Shown here: piece after piece, positions 27,445 through 40,845 of the stretch
How the letters are laid out: every line of letters starts with the position of its first letter
How positions within the stretch are numbered: position 1 is the first letter of the stretch
Source of the DNA: Octopus vulgaris
Taxonomy: Eukaryota
Assembly: GCA_951406725.2 (NCBI GenBank)
Contig: OX597823.1
Coordinates: forward strand, 70,618,001-70,682,000
Reading direction: 5' to 3'
DNA: 64,000 nt
Program-made: the position numbers and the translations under genes
Notes under the pieces: generated by a model
Database searches by the model: none
Told to the model about the DNA's origin: nothing
What the model saw: the letters and a program-made list of their open reading frames with translations, nothing else

Positions 27445-28830
27445 ATGTCATGGAGACATCAGTTAGAAAAAGACTATCAGGTGGAAAGGAAACATCAGAA
27501 GTTGCAAATCGAGATTCAAAATCGCCATATTAGAAACTTAATGTCTATTTTTCTTTCGGTAAGTATATGGCAATTTTCCAAAAGATTGAACTGGGTGTTG
27601 TTACAGTGCAACTTGCTAAAAAGACACAATGCAAAGTGGTCCTGGAAATATAAGAACTGGTTAATTTACTCACCGGGAGTGAAGTCTACGCTTTGTTTTG
27701 CTCACTGGCTTTTATGGAAATCAATTGGATGGTCGGAGTGACCAAAATTTTGTTACAAGACTTTTGTTAAAGTTAACACAAAACTGAAAAACAAAACAAT
27801 GTGAAATTTGTAAAAAAAGAATAAAAGTATAGGAAGATATTTTCCATAACAAATTTTGTTTGTTCAACAACAGAGCTGTCTGGGATAGCTTTGTTCTAAC
27901 AGAAAGAAAGAGTTAGAGAAAAACAGGATAGTTCTAAGCTGTAATATAGATACGATTCTCAAATTGGGGGATCAAAGATTGGTCATCACCAGGATCAAAA
28001 TTTAGATACTTCACATACAAATGAAGACAAACAAAAGACTTTTTAATCCATTAAGATGTTTATTGGAACACATTTATTACTGAGTGCAATATATTTTGGT
28101 GCGGACATACAAAAATGATCTGAAAACTTTTTTATTAGTTCAGATTCTGTCCAATTCTGTACCTAATTCTTCAGCACTAAAAGAAAAACAACATATTCAT
28201 TGCAGATATTCGGTATTGGCTTTAAAGAAACTTTGTGATACTAGATGAAGTAGAGGAAAATTTATATAATTCAGCATCGCTTGTAGTTGCTCCACAGAGT
28301 TTTCTGGATGATGAGATAAACTACTCCTAAGCAGCTCGCTAGGAAAAATAGTAAACTGGAAACACTCAGTACATATGGATTCTCTGTTGATCTTGAGAAA
28401 AACGCTAACCGAGGCTTTCAATTTATTTGTATTTTTACAGAAAAGTATTCTAGGACTAGTGATTGTTTCTCATTTGATTCATGCGAATTGATTATGAATC
28501 AAGTAAACTGATTCGAAAATGTGATATTGATATGAAATACAAGATTTGCGTGATAACTGATTTGATACACGAAAGAAATTCATTTTTGCATCGTACCTAG
28601 TGTCCTAAGTTTAAGTTATTTTAAATTTGAGCTTCCAAATCTAGTGTTTTATATCCAAATCATTTTCACAACGCAAGTAGTCTTAAATTAGAAATTTTTA
28701 TCAAATCAAGAGTATTTACAGTCGAAGTGAAATAGGACAAGAGATTTTCTCATTTAGAAACATGTGCATAGAGACCATGAGCACTAGTAGCAAGAAAAAA
28801 AATGAAATGTCGAGGAATTGGCCTTCAGTA
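27445..28830 (+). mobile_element. Decayed hAT (ZMYM1/TTF-zinc-finger type) transposase remnant
   Basis: NWLIYS...LCF (TTF finger), LKKLCDTR*S-R (TRW motif) and RSEIGQE.FSHL (dimerisation region) in the correct order. Confidence 0.6.
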
Positions 28831-29125
28831 ATGAACTTACATTTGTGGTCGCTTATGACATCTCTTCTGATGATTCAAAATTAACAACATTGTACATTTC
28901 GTAACCCAACCAACAAGCGGCACAATTTCGGAACTATCTCTTTATCGACTGAAGCACATAAAACTAAACCTTCTTTCAACAATGGGCGTTGATAGAATGT
29001 CTTGGTTCTCTTTGATCACCATTTAAAGACAATCAGTAATTGAGGAGAATTGTAGTACAACTATTCGAAACACACAAACCACCAGTAGTTTTTCTATCAT
29101 CCAATATTGATGTGATCTATCTTAC

Positions 29126-29322
29126 TCTGAAGTCATAGACCTCGGTCGTTGCCGAGGTAGAGGTGACTCTTCTGCAATCCTGAACTGTGTACAACGCATA
29201 CGGTCAGTACCAACACGTTGGCTTCCGAGAGAAATTTTGCCAGGTTGAATGAGCCTGCTTTCGGGCCTAACTCCCACCCCACACCGAGAAAGTGGTGGTG
29301 GTCTTCTCTCAAAATTTATCAT
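29126..29322 (-). CDS. Candidate coding exon of an unidentified gene (MINFERRPPPLSRCGVGVRPESRLIQPG...RSMTS)
   Basis: GC-richer unique open frame of 65 codons in AT-rich flanks. ATG is preceded by an in-frame stop and the frame ends at a consensus donor AGA|GTAAG. No downstream exon identified. Confidence 0.45.
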
Positions 29323-29484
29323 TTAAGCATTTTTGATAAAGATAACAGTAAAATATAAAAGTTTTTTCTTCCTTATAGAAAAAAATATTTGATGAAATAC
29401 AAGGAAAAATTGTATATGATTATGAAAGCATAATGGAATATGATAGCTAATATCAAGCAAGATTTGATTTTGTGTAAATAATTT

Positions 29485-29810
29485 CTAATATAGGAACAAG
29501 ACCTGAAATTTTGGGAAGAGAGTTAGTCGATTACATCGACCTTGTACTTTACTGGTACTTTATCTTAAGGTGAAAGAAAAAGACGACCTCAGCGGAATTT
29601 GAATTCAGAACGTAAAGACAGATGAAATGTCGCTAAACATTTTGTAGGGATGCCAACGATTCTGTCAGCTCTCTGCCTTAGATTTTGTACAAATTATGGC
29701 TTAAAATTTTGGCACAAATCCAGCAGTTTTGCGGGTAAAGGTATGTCGAATAAATCGACCCTGGTACTAAGCATTTTGTTCATTGCCCTAACAATTCTGC
29801 CAGCTCACCT
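29485..29810 (-). mobile_element. Degenerate SINE family B fragments
   Basis: Same body and tail motifs as the 23683 and 26943 copies. Confidence 0.65.
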
Positions 29811-30507
29811 CCTTATAGATTTTGTACAAATAATAACAGTTATTCATTTTCTGAATTGAACTATTTTACATACGTAAAACTATTCAGCCATTTCTTGTCT
29901 AGCATTATCCGCAAACATAAAAAACGGAATCTTCAGGAATATTTGATACCCTTAGTTACATTTTACATTTTTTATTAAATGTTAACGTGAGTAGAAGTTG
30001 ACTGGATTAAATTTTATTAGTAAAACTCATTAAACATGTTGGTGCATGTTAGATACTTCCTCAGCACTCAAATTTATTCCCTTAAATATAATCTAACTTG
30101 ACTATGATAGCATGACTAATTTCTATACATGTTTCACTTATTGCAAAATTTTGGTTCTGCAGTTCAAGTGACATTTGTAACTGCCTACCAATGCGACCTA
30201 ATTATAATGAAAGCTGATGATTGCAATACTTTCTCCCGTGCCTTATGCTTTTCTCTATGTGTACACGAGCTTGAAGCTTCTCGGTTCACTCTTACAAAAT
30301 GCTCCCAAATAGCTTTATAAGACTGTCTTTATAGTACAGTAAAATGTAGCGATCCAGCACACAGTGGAATTATTGACCAATCGACAGCGAAGGGTTTCAG
30401 TTCATGTAATTAACTCGTCTTCGTCATTTTGGAGTTCTAAAATATGAAGAATGCAATTTATCTGAAAATATCTACAAATGATTTAAGCCAGCAATTTTAT
30501 TTACAAC

Positions 30508-30588
<81 letters not shown>

Positions 30589-30596
30589 GTATATAT

Positions 30597-31312
30597 ATAT
30601 ATAAAAGTGAGATTGTGTGTGTGTAAACCCGCATAACTTCTGAAGTTCACAACTGATTTTCTCCAAACTAGGAACATACATTGCTTATGTTCTAGAGATG
30701 GTCTTAAACTCTTAAAACTTTTCACATAATGAGTAACGGGATCTCTGGGAGCAGAAAACAACTTCTCCTGGTTTACGTGGAAAAGGGAAGTAACTCTTTG
30801 TGAAGTAACTTTAAGAAATTGATTGTCTCTCTTATATCCAGCGCGATTAATCCGCTGAACGTTTTTCATATTTTTAAAATATTGATATTAATTAATGTTT
30901 TTTATTGACATTTAATTATTAACACGACAATGTCATCTTAGTTAATTATATCTAGTTCTTAAAATGTGTTAGGACATTTACCTTTTTTATTGACATTTCC
31001 TTATTAACGTACAATTGTCAAAATCATATTTCTTGACATAATGTCTCCAAAGAGGAGATCCTCCATTAGTCCAAAAATTATCACAATCTCAATTGGCTGT
31101 GTGAAAGAGCAATACTGGCTCAAAAAAATAGCACTGTAAGTAAAATTAATGAGCAGCTGCTGTTGTACCTTCCTGGGTGTCCTCACATCTATAAGTCAGT
31201 TGACACAATCCCAAATCCAGAAGAGGTGGTGAATTATCCAACAGAATTTCTCAGGTTATTGGAGCTCCAGTGGGAACTCCAGTAATTGAGCAATACCGGG
31301 TGTCTCTGCTAG
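30597..31312 (+). mobile_element. Non-autonomous Helitron retaining a PIF1 helicase fragment
   Basis: 31075-31260 reads NWLCERAILAQKNSTVSKINEQLL.YLPG...YKSVDT....VNYPTEFL (Helitron PIF1); ends GAGCAATACCGGG...GCTAG|T. Confidence 0.8.
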
Positions 31313-31450
31313 TCTAAACTAAATTCTAACCTGTGACTGTAACAGTTCTACACACTTGCATTTGAAAAATTATCAAGAAGCAATTTCACAACACTTGATT
31401 GTCATTTGTCATCATAGTATTAATGATATTCCATTAGTTACAAATGATAG

Positions 31451-34400
31451 TGTGGCATAGAGGTCATGCGTCAGTGATGTCAGGCGAGTAGAAGGAAGAG
31501 ACCGAGGAATCTGACAGAAAAGATAGGGGTAAGTGATGCCAAAGGAGGGGGAAAAGAGAGATTGGCAGGGTTCCTTTTGGACCGAGAAGGTCAGCTAGAA
31601 CGGGTGTCCAATGAGTCTCTGCGTACTCTTGCTAATGGGGAATTCCTTTCGAAGTCGTTCCCAGAGAGAATTTTTGTACTTTATATCAGAAGCTATTTCG
31701 GCACCTTTTTCTTCTTTCATCAATGTTCGACATGGCAACGAATATAAGGATTGGCAGCGATGTTCTTAGATCCTTTTTCTGTGAAGGTGATGTCATAACC
31801 TGAATTTAAAAAAAGTAAGGCATGTCGCTAAGTTACAGGGAATACAGTATTTCGTGGGTCTCATGCCACTATACCTATAAAGAAGCGCGCTGAATTTGTA
31901 TCTGGAGATGGACTGGTTCGATCAATTAAAGTTTGAGAATAGTGTGTTCAAGGCATGCAGCAAGCTAAGGAGAATGAGATGGATGGGAGGACAAGTGGAC
32001 AACTATGTGAGCGAGGTGAAGAGACTGACTGCTCCAGCATGGTTGATCGACGAAACTATGGAAAGAGTCGTGAATCTGGAGCTTGTGACTGGTTTTTTCC
32101 CCACCACATCTCGATGTAGCTGCATTAAATGGAAACATCTTGAAGATAGCAGACTTAGTTGCCAGATCAAGAGTATGAATGCAGAACTAAATATTGCGAC
32201 AATGGCGTCGACGGGGCCCAGCAGAGAGAAGTGGCAAGCAGCAAATACCGGAGAACAGGGAGGGAACTGATACAGACATTCAAGGGATAGTGTTTCAAAT
32301 ATCGAGGTCCTGAAACTGTAAAAGGTTACAGAGCGATGTTGTTTGCTACCAGTGTGACCAGGCTATTCATCTGGCAATCTATTGCTATTAGGTAAACAGA
32401 AGGATGTCTGCCGCACCTGCTACTGCTCTGTACCCGGTCAACCAAGTGGAGGTGCTCTTCCATTTGCTGTCTGTAATAAGGTTTTTAGTGTGGGAAGAGA
32501 AATGAGAACCTTCGTAGATACTGGTTGTCGAACATCCTAGTGACCCCGATGATAGTTGAAAGCTGGAGTGGAATACCCAGCATAGCTAGGGGGAGGTTAG
32601 ATGTAAAGGCGTCAGTGTTGTAGAGATGGTGGTGCAATGAGGGCATAGGTAATTGTCGATAAGGTTGTGGATGGCGTTGATGTAGTAGTAAGGATGGATG
32701 TGGTCGGTTGGTTGAGTGGCATCGCAGTCGGAAAGGCTGGAGTAGAGTTTGGTGGACAATGGGGCACGTGCCGTTCGCATGCAGCGGAAGATAGCCGTGG
32801 GATCGAAGAAAGGAATGTTACAGATATAACTGAAGGCGAGGACTTTCAGGATGAGTTTGATGGCGAGAATGGTTCTGGAAAGTGGATTGCTACGAATATA
32901 CTCTAAAAGAGAGATGAAGAGCGAGTTCGAGAGAGAGATGAACAGATGAGTTGAAGAGGGTGTTTTGATACCTTGGAAGTAGGAGGGAAAGAGCGGTGTG
33001 TCTGGTCAGTGCTATACTCTAGAGAGCTAAACATGTATCGTGTTATAAAGGTATCCGTAAGGAGACTTTGCGACAGTTGAGGCAAATGATAGGGGTGTCT
33101 ACAATCGCGGCTCCATGTGACTGAGAAATTGTGGTATCGGCTGGCGAAGAACAAGAATAGGACGTACTGTCTGGTGCAGTTAAGATTTGGGCTGAACTCG
33201 GCACCAAAATCATAGCAATGTTTCTCAGAATGATTTTGGAAAAAGAGGGTAAGATGAAGCAGGCCACTAGTTCCAGTATAGATGACATTCAAGTGGATGA
33301 GATCGTTGTGTCGGTAGTGGAGATTGTGTGTCATCATAGGAAAATTAAGTTTAACTGTGAAACCATTAGAGTCCATAAAAGAAGGAGCTGAGTTGGGGCT
33401 CAAACTGGAAAAAAAGACTAGGCGGGCTTGAGTTTCGAAGAGGAAATAAAATTTCAGACCTGAGAAAGTGCATGAATAGATGAGAGCTATTCTCAATCTG
33501 TTGCGGGATGGCCCAGGGCAGCTCGCAGCTATATTAAGAGGCGAGCCGAAGGGGTGAGCTGGAGCAGCACAATGGAGTAGAAAATAGTTATTCTGATGTA
33601 AGACGCTCTAGAGTGAGGATAAAACCCAGTAAAAGCAGTTGCTTTGTGTCTAAATCAGAGAAAGAAATCTATAATGCGACGCAATTAGAATAGCAATAGG
33701 AGTCGTGCAAGAAACAGAGGTTGTTGAGGTTGGAAATACAGCATGCCTCACGGAGAAGGATGATGGCAACTATAACAGTGTAACTGAGCTGGACACTACT
33801 GAAAAGCATAAATCTGGTACTGAGTGGGAACTTCACGCTATAAAAATTCGAACGGATTCAGTTACGATACACGGGTCAGTGATCACCAATCAGAAAAGAA
33901 TATCAACGAAAAATTCACTGAAACTGAAAGTCATACGTTGCCGAGGAATCCTGAGAACTCGTTCTGCCAGTGCGGTCTGGAAAAATAAGGTGGCTGTCCT
34001 TACCAGAGTAAAAAAAAAAATTGCCCTGGTTGGAGATGTTTGGGGATTCACAGTATGGTGTGGCTACGACGTGTTGCCTGGGAGCTCGGAGGTGAAGAAG
34101 TTGCACTTTATGCGTCACATGGGAACGGAGATGATCTTATTTTGGTCCAGGAAAGTTTACTCTGATATTACAAGGGAGAGCATTTGAAGATGGCCGAGAG
34201 TTCTGACAGTCCATTGACCCTGTACTGAGTAGGCATGAGACGGAAAAAATTCAGGCGGAGGAAGACTGGAAGAGGCCGACAATTGATCTAATGCAATATC
34301 AGGAAAAATCATATCTATCAACGATCGACAGTGGGCCTGGAGGATGACAATATGGAGAGAAATCAAGATGAAGACTGCGGCATGAATGCTGAATGAGATA

Positions 34401-34460
34401 TTCTTGGAAAGGGGCCCAGTGGACGAGCTGTTGATGAACAAGAGCACGGCATTGCCTAAG
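31451..34460 (+). mobile_element. Decayed Ty3/Gypsy LTR retrotransposon (5' LTR ~31451-31732 plus gag-pol remnants)
   Basis: TG...CA block followed by TGG (PBS-like); then a CCHC-like trace, protease VDTGC, RT IDDI, RNase H DA..IAIGVV and integrase GPVDELLMN in Gypsy order. Confidence 0.7.
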
Positions 34461-34699
34461 AAAAAAAATCAATGTTTCGATAAGTTTGAGTATTATCTAG
34501 ATGATGGGGTTGGATACGAACGTGGGTAACCAAAATAACTAAATGGATTACATGTGTTGATAAAGTTCTGATAACAGATTAAAACATTGTCAACGCAGTT
34601 GAGGGTGATGTGGGTACAAATATGCAAACATACAGTTACACCCCAAAACAACTACGTAAGGTACTGTCATATATGTAACACATGAAATTAAGCTTGTAA

Positions 34700-35350
34700 T
34701 AAGATCTAACTTATAATAAGATTTAACTTGTAATTCATGAAATTTAACCTGTAATAAGATCCACATATGCAATGCTATCCAAGCTTGCTACCATGTGTGC
34801 ATACAAGTGAATAGGCGTATTTCTTTTCTTTTTCTGGGAATCCCAAATTCTCAAGACTGGTATTGAAACAGCTAGTCAGGTAGCTAAGTGAGCCATTAAT
34901 TAATAGATGTTTTAAGTTATAATCTAGAAGCAGTAACTGCTGAGTTCCATCAGTTCGGCATAGTTTTGTCACTGATCTTTTACATTATACTGAGATCTCC
35001 TGGGCAACTGGTTTAAGCGATTGTGCTTTTTCTCTGTCCGAAATCATTAAATCTATTCTGTTGTGCTTGCATTTTATTGAAGTGTTTGGCAGCGACATTC
35101 CGCCAGTATTCTTTCATATTGTTTGTGGTTATACCCTCCACAATTCTCTAGCTTCTGACTTTTTGTCTCCCCAGGAATATCCTTTCTACGGATTTTATTA
35201 TATATCTATAGAGGGTCTTACTCTGACATCATGTTTCATAGGTAGGTGAGCATATTTTCGGGCATCCGTGGGTGAGATCCTCAGTATGAGCGTGTATTGG
35301 TTGTCGTATAAATGTGGTTCACTTGTATCCCCCGTCTCTTTGTTCATCAG
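34700..35350 (-). mobile_element. Possible R4/Dong-type (restriction-like endonuclease) non-LTR remnant
   Basis: Traces HLPMKHDV and YWRNV...IKCKHNRIDLMISDREK resembling the RHD...HNxPD motifs; heavily disrupted. Confidence 0.4.
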
Positions 35351-35354
35351 ATAT

Positions 35355-35749
35355 GAATGTATGTATGTATGTATGTATGTATGTATGTATGTATGTATGT
35401 ATGTATGTATGTATGTATGTATGTATGTATGTATGTATGCATGTATGTATGTATGTATGTACGTACGTACGTACGTATGTATGTATATATGTATGTATGT
35501 ATGTATGTATGTGTGTGTGTATGTATGTATGTATGTATATATGTATGTATGTATGTATGTACGTACGTACGTACGTATGTATGTATATATGTATGTATGT
35601 ATGTATGTGTGTGTGTATGTATGTATGTATGTATGTATATATGTATGTATGTATGTATGTACGTACGTACGTATGTATGTATGTATGTATGTATGTATGT
35701 ATGTATGTATGCATGCATGCATGTATGTCGACATACACACGCACGCATG

Positions 35750-35800
<51 letters not shown>
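35355..35800. repeat. (TGTA)n then (CA)n microsatellite
   Basis: Directly visible. Confidence 0.95.
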
Positions 35801-36369
35801 GCTTAAGTTCTTCGTTTTGAGACCCATAAGGCAGCAAACCTCCTTCTGTGTGGTCGTTCATTTCTTTCTGCTCTTATCGTTAGACGAAAGCGACCTTCCT
35901 GGAATGTCTGGTGCCAGATGTTCTTGGCCTGGCTCTTTTTTTAGTTGTCTTTCTTTCGGTTCCAGTATCCGGATAGCAAGCACGAAATGTGACCTGCCAT
36001 GCAAAATCGACAAAGGGTCACGATATTTCGCATTGGCTGGGATTTACTTTGCAGAACAATTTTCTTGTTTCTCACCAGGTGAATTTGAGGATTTTCATTT
36101 GGTATTGTTGATGGAATCTATGACGATAGTATGTGTCACAAAGAAATGAGAGGAAGAAATGGCCCATCATGGTTATTTCATTGCTACAATGTAAACTACA
36201 ACTTCTTTAAGTTGTTGTACACAGATTATTTGCAGTTCTGTTATCCATTCTGTAGGTAGTTAAATTAATTTTTTGTTGACTGCTAGAAGAACGGACGGAA
36301 GAAAGAGAAGGAAAGAGTAAGAGAGTCTACCTCTCTTTGTTGACAAGTAGAGACGGTAAAAATATATGC

Positions 36370-36936
36370 TCCCTCCTTCATGGGAAAAAGGTTCTTTTCT
36401 CTATCTGGTGGGATTGCAAAGGAGTAATTCACTTTGAATTGTTACCACATAATGCAACAATCAATGCTCAAGTCTACTGTCAGCAATTAGAGCATTTGAA
36501 TCAAGCTTTGAAGAAAAAAAAGACCCGCTTTAGTGAATCGAAAAGGAGTGATGTTTCATCAGGACAATGCGCGACCCCACACTGCAAAGATCACATCACA
36601 GAAGATCGAAGAGCTTGGTTGGGAAAAAATTCCCCATCCACCTTATTTTCCCGACCTTGCTCCTTGAGACTACCATTTGTTTCGTAGTTTAAAGAATCAT
36701 TTGGAGGACATAACTTTCGAAAACCAGGAGGAGGTCGAAACTGACATTTCAGAGTTCTTCGCTTTGAAACCAAACGAGTTTTACATTGACGGGATTAAAA
36801 AGTTTGTAAATAGATGGAAGGAAGTCATAGATAATCAGGGAAAGTACATTGATGTTTAAATTTCATTAAAATATAACATTTGATAACTTGTTTTCTTTAC
36901 TCAAAGTTCGGACAGAACTTATGGGATGACCTGATA
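36370..36936 (+). mobile_element. mariner (DD34D) transposon, 3' half with right TIR
   Basis: KKVLFSIWWDCKGVIHFELLP, FHQDNARPH, HPPYFPDLAP.DYHLFRSL, GIKKFVNRW; ends GAACTTATGGGATGACCTGA|TA. Confidence 0.92.
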
Positions 36937-37899
36937 CAAAAGAAATATTTCATCAAGGTAAGTAGTTATATTTTAAAACATTTACAATTTCATAGAGGAA
37001 GCGAAAAAGTGCCTGGGTTTATGTTTAGAACGTTACAGATTCACAAACTTCAAGCAAAAAAACTTCTAAACTATTTTCTTTTAAGATCAAAATATTTCAA
37101 TATCGTTTTTTTAATTTATTATCATACTTAGGAATGATCATCTTTTTCCAATTAAAAGCATGCACTATTTATTTGATCCTCACTTTAATTTTATTAGTAT
37201 TTTTTTTATAGTTTATTTGTCCGTAAATGTTCTTTCCATTTGGAATACGCAGGAAGACACATAGAACAGAGTGACTGAAGAATTGACAGAATGTGTGACG
37301 AAAGAACTTTGACTGACAAATAAACTAAAAGGAAAAAAAAATAATAATACGGATCTTTTCTGTTTGGCTGCCAAGATTTCAAGAATCAAGTTTAATGTTT
37401 TGATATGCCGATGCCCCTACCCCCGCTCTGATGATGGAAGAGGCAGCAAACGCACTGCTTTCTGATTGGCTGAAAATTGTGAAAATCATTAAACTTTGAA
37501 CACCTGTAAAATTTTTGCCAATTTTTTTCTGGAATAAATGAATAACAAATTCGGACTCAGCGTCAAAAATTGCATCTATATGATACATTAAAATTTTAAA
37601 AAAAAGTTAATTGTAAAGTGACGAAAACCACCAAGATTCAAGAATTGTAAAGTCACAGAAGGGAATGTTCTAACCAATATAGATGTTGATACTGAGTGAA
37701 GGGTGGTGGTAGAATGAGAGCTTTTGGAATGATGAAGGACATCAACATCCGCTTGAAGGGTAAAGAACTTATCCAAAATTGTTTGATCACTATCTCTTTG
37801 CATAACTCAGAGTAGGAAACCGCGCTTATTGTAAAGTCCGTTTGTAATTTTTGTTACGTCCACGTTCAGGGTTTTATCAGCAGGAACTACAGATCTTCC

Positions 37900-38515
37900 T
37901 TTATAAATGCCACCACTTTAGCAATATTTTTTCCTGTCTGTTTAACTGGAGTTGTAGAGTATCTGTATCTTGTCTGTAGTATTAGCTTGCTCCTGTTCTA
38001 ACAGCATCAGCTCTACGTTAGAAAAATTTTCTTTATGGGCACTACTAACTTAACCATAACATCATCTATGACTTCCTGAAACCCTACATCATTGGCAAGT
38101 ATCGCAACGTCTTTCCGTATTTCTTGTAGACTTCCTGCTTGTAGAAAACTTGTAAGGTCACGGATACATTTTTCCAGTCACCATTCAATGTTGAGAGTTT
38201 TACTTCATCCAATGTCTCAGCTATGTTATCCAAACAATCAGTTACGTTGAACTTTTACACAAGTCTCTAATTCTAGGTTTATCCTGTAATTTGTTTTCAT
38301 AAGTTGTTTGAAAGTTCTTCTCAGATAATATACCTCAAAGTTAGCTATCATACCTTGACCCATAGGCTGGTGCAACGAAGTTGTATTCTTGGAGATATGC
38401 TCTATTCTTATATTATCAGAAGGCCCATTTAATTTCACTGGGAACCTCACTACATTGTCTAAAAGGAGCAACGCTGAGTCTAGCGCTGTGCCCTCCTACA
38501 GCTGGCCACACCCAC

Positions 38516-38560
<45 letters not shown>

Positions 38561-38870
38561 TTGTAAATCATTACACTCAGTTCATATTTGAACACCAAAG
38601 CAGGGGTAAATTAAATTTTAAGTAACGCTTTCGATTTTCGGAGTGATACACTAGCAGGGACTTTAATTTCGTGTCACTGGCAGCATGTCTTCCCCGATGA
38701 ACTGTCAGACAATTTTGGAAGCTTGAGATCCTGGTGTTGATTTTTCTTCTCGATTTTTAAAATTATCATCGTGCTTATCAGCATTCTACGTCGAAACTTA
38801 ATTTCGGTCCTTACAATCAAGAGACCATTTCACTTTAAGCATTTCATCAGTTAACTGAGCGGCTTCTTGG
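37900..38870 (-). mobile_element. Decayed Tigger/pogo transposase
   Basis: LLLDN...NTTSLHQPMGQGMIANFEVYYLRR (DDE_1 motif); interrupted by (AG)n. Confidence 0.7.
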
Positions 38871-38903
38871 GCACAGGTATCTTCAGCTTGCAGGCCATGC
38901 TAC

Positions 38904-38946
38904 TCCAGACTGATGACGAGCAAAGACTCAGAAACATGTCTCTGGA
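38904..38946 (+). ncRNA. Minimal type I hammerhead ribozyme motif
   Basis: TCCAGA-CTGATGA-C GAG caaaga CTC A-GAAA-CATG-TC-TCTGGA: 6-bp stem I, intact CUGAUGA and GAAA, palindromic ACATGT stem III, GUC cleavage triplet. Confidence 0.7.
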
Positions 38947-39156
38947 TGCAGGCTTAGCTGTTGGGGGTGCTTGTCTCCCCTTTGTAAACATAAGGTCGCA
39001 GGAAATGTGTCAAGGCCGACAGGAAGCGTTGATGCTTCCTATGGCTAAATAGAGGTGGTGTGATTCCCTTTATGGAACTGTCACGTTAAGTTGACAGTAT
39101 ACAACTGCTCTATCGTTCCATCACCGTTTATATCTCTCCGAGATATTTAGAAATTT

Positions 39157-39228
<72 letters not shown>

Positions 39229-39229
<1 letters not shown>

Positions 39230-39608
39230 TAGCAGTATCGCCCGGCGTTGCTCAGGTTTGTAAGGGAAATAACTATAAAGCATTTTTAGAGAGTTATAGC
39301 CAAAAAATAGCAAATAAATGGAAAAAAATGATGGTAAATTTTTTTTTTACTTAAAAAAAGTGGAGTTGCGTCCCCTAGACAGTTTGCGGTTTGTGTTTCT
39401 GATTCTCGACCCCATGTCGAATTTATCGATTTTTTCAGAACTGGGGGAACTGTTCAAAATTTTCGCTGCGTTAGTTTTGAATTATGACATTGGGCTATGT
39501 GTGTGTCAAGTTTCATCAGAATCGGTTGAAAGCCGTGGTCAGGGTGAGGGTACAAGCAAACAGACACGCAGAAAACGCACAGACAAACTGCCGTTTATAT
39601 ATAGAGAG
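39229..39608 (-). mobile_element. Non-autonomous Helitron
   Basis: 3' end CCTGAGCAACGCCGGGCGATACTGCTAG, same as the 49172 copy; 5' end TCTCTATATATAAAC. Confidence 0.78.
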
Positions 39609-40049
39609 ATATATATATGTGTATGTATACACACATATACTGTTAGGGACGATAATAGTTTATTGAGAAGGAAGGTTGTAGATTTTTTTTTAGTATCGCA
39701 GAACGATAAGCTGGAAAAAGTTCTTTTTATATCCCACGGTAGGCGACCAGGGTTGCCTGGTGTGCGAATAAGGATACAAGAGTTACGGAATGGAGTAGGA
39801 AAGAGTCAAATTGAATAAATCCAAGATCCGGGCTACATATGTTCCATGGCGAGCGGAACCTCAGAAGTGGTAAAATTAGGGTTAGGGTGAGGTGTATACC
39901 GCCGGCTACTCTTCAGGTCAAGGATATCTTGATTAGATTAAAGGAGGTACATGCTGATGCAAGGAAGATTCAATCAGAATCCTACTCCTTTCCGTAACAG
40001 GTGTGTGTGTGTGTATACATACATATATATATACACATATAGATGTATA

Positions 40050-40298
40050 TACTCTTTACTCTCTTTTACTTGTTTCAGTCATTTGACTGCGGCCATGCTG
40101 GAGCACCGCCTTTAGTCGAGCAAATCGACCCTGGGACTTATTCTTTGTAAGCCCAGTACTTATTTTATCGGTCTCTTTTGCCGAACCGCTAAGTGACGGG
40201 GACGTAAACACACCAGCATCGGTTGTCAAGCAATGCTAGGGGGACAAACACAGACACACATACATATATATATATACATATATACGACAGGCTTCTTT
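40050..40298 (-). mobile_element. SINE family A, 3' half
   Basis: Matches the tail/body of the 15563 copy. Confidence 0.88.
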
Positions 40299-40310
40299 AT
40301 TACACATATA

Positions 40311-40790
<480 letters not shown>

Positions 40791-40797
40791 TACATAC

Positions 40798-40845
40798 ATG
40801 TTTGCGTATTTGGCGATCGCAGCGTGGAAGACATAAGTTCGCCAT
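40798..40845 (-). CDS. Candidate first coding exon of a divergent gene ([16 protein letters not shown])
   Basis: ATGGCG start, 16 open codons, donor CAT|GTATGT; CpG-containing unique sequence with a CGGAAGT (ETS-like) motif just upstream. No homology recognised. Confidence 0.35.

Noticed and set aside
32903-34187. 197-aa (-) and 160-aa (+) ORFs
   Set aside because: Antisense or residual frames of the decayed Gypsy pol region.
39318-39818. 166-aa ORF
   Set aside because: Runs antisense through a non-autonomous Helitron and a microsatellite; no domain or splice evidence.
39875-39890. TTAGGGTTAGGG telomere-like motif
   Set aside because: Only two units; expected by chance or as part of a repeat.
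39780-40000. Short inverted repeat with minus-strand CTGAAGA as possible hammerhead
   Set aside because: No matching GAAA core or closing stem II found.
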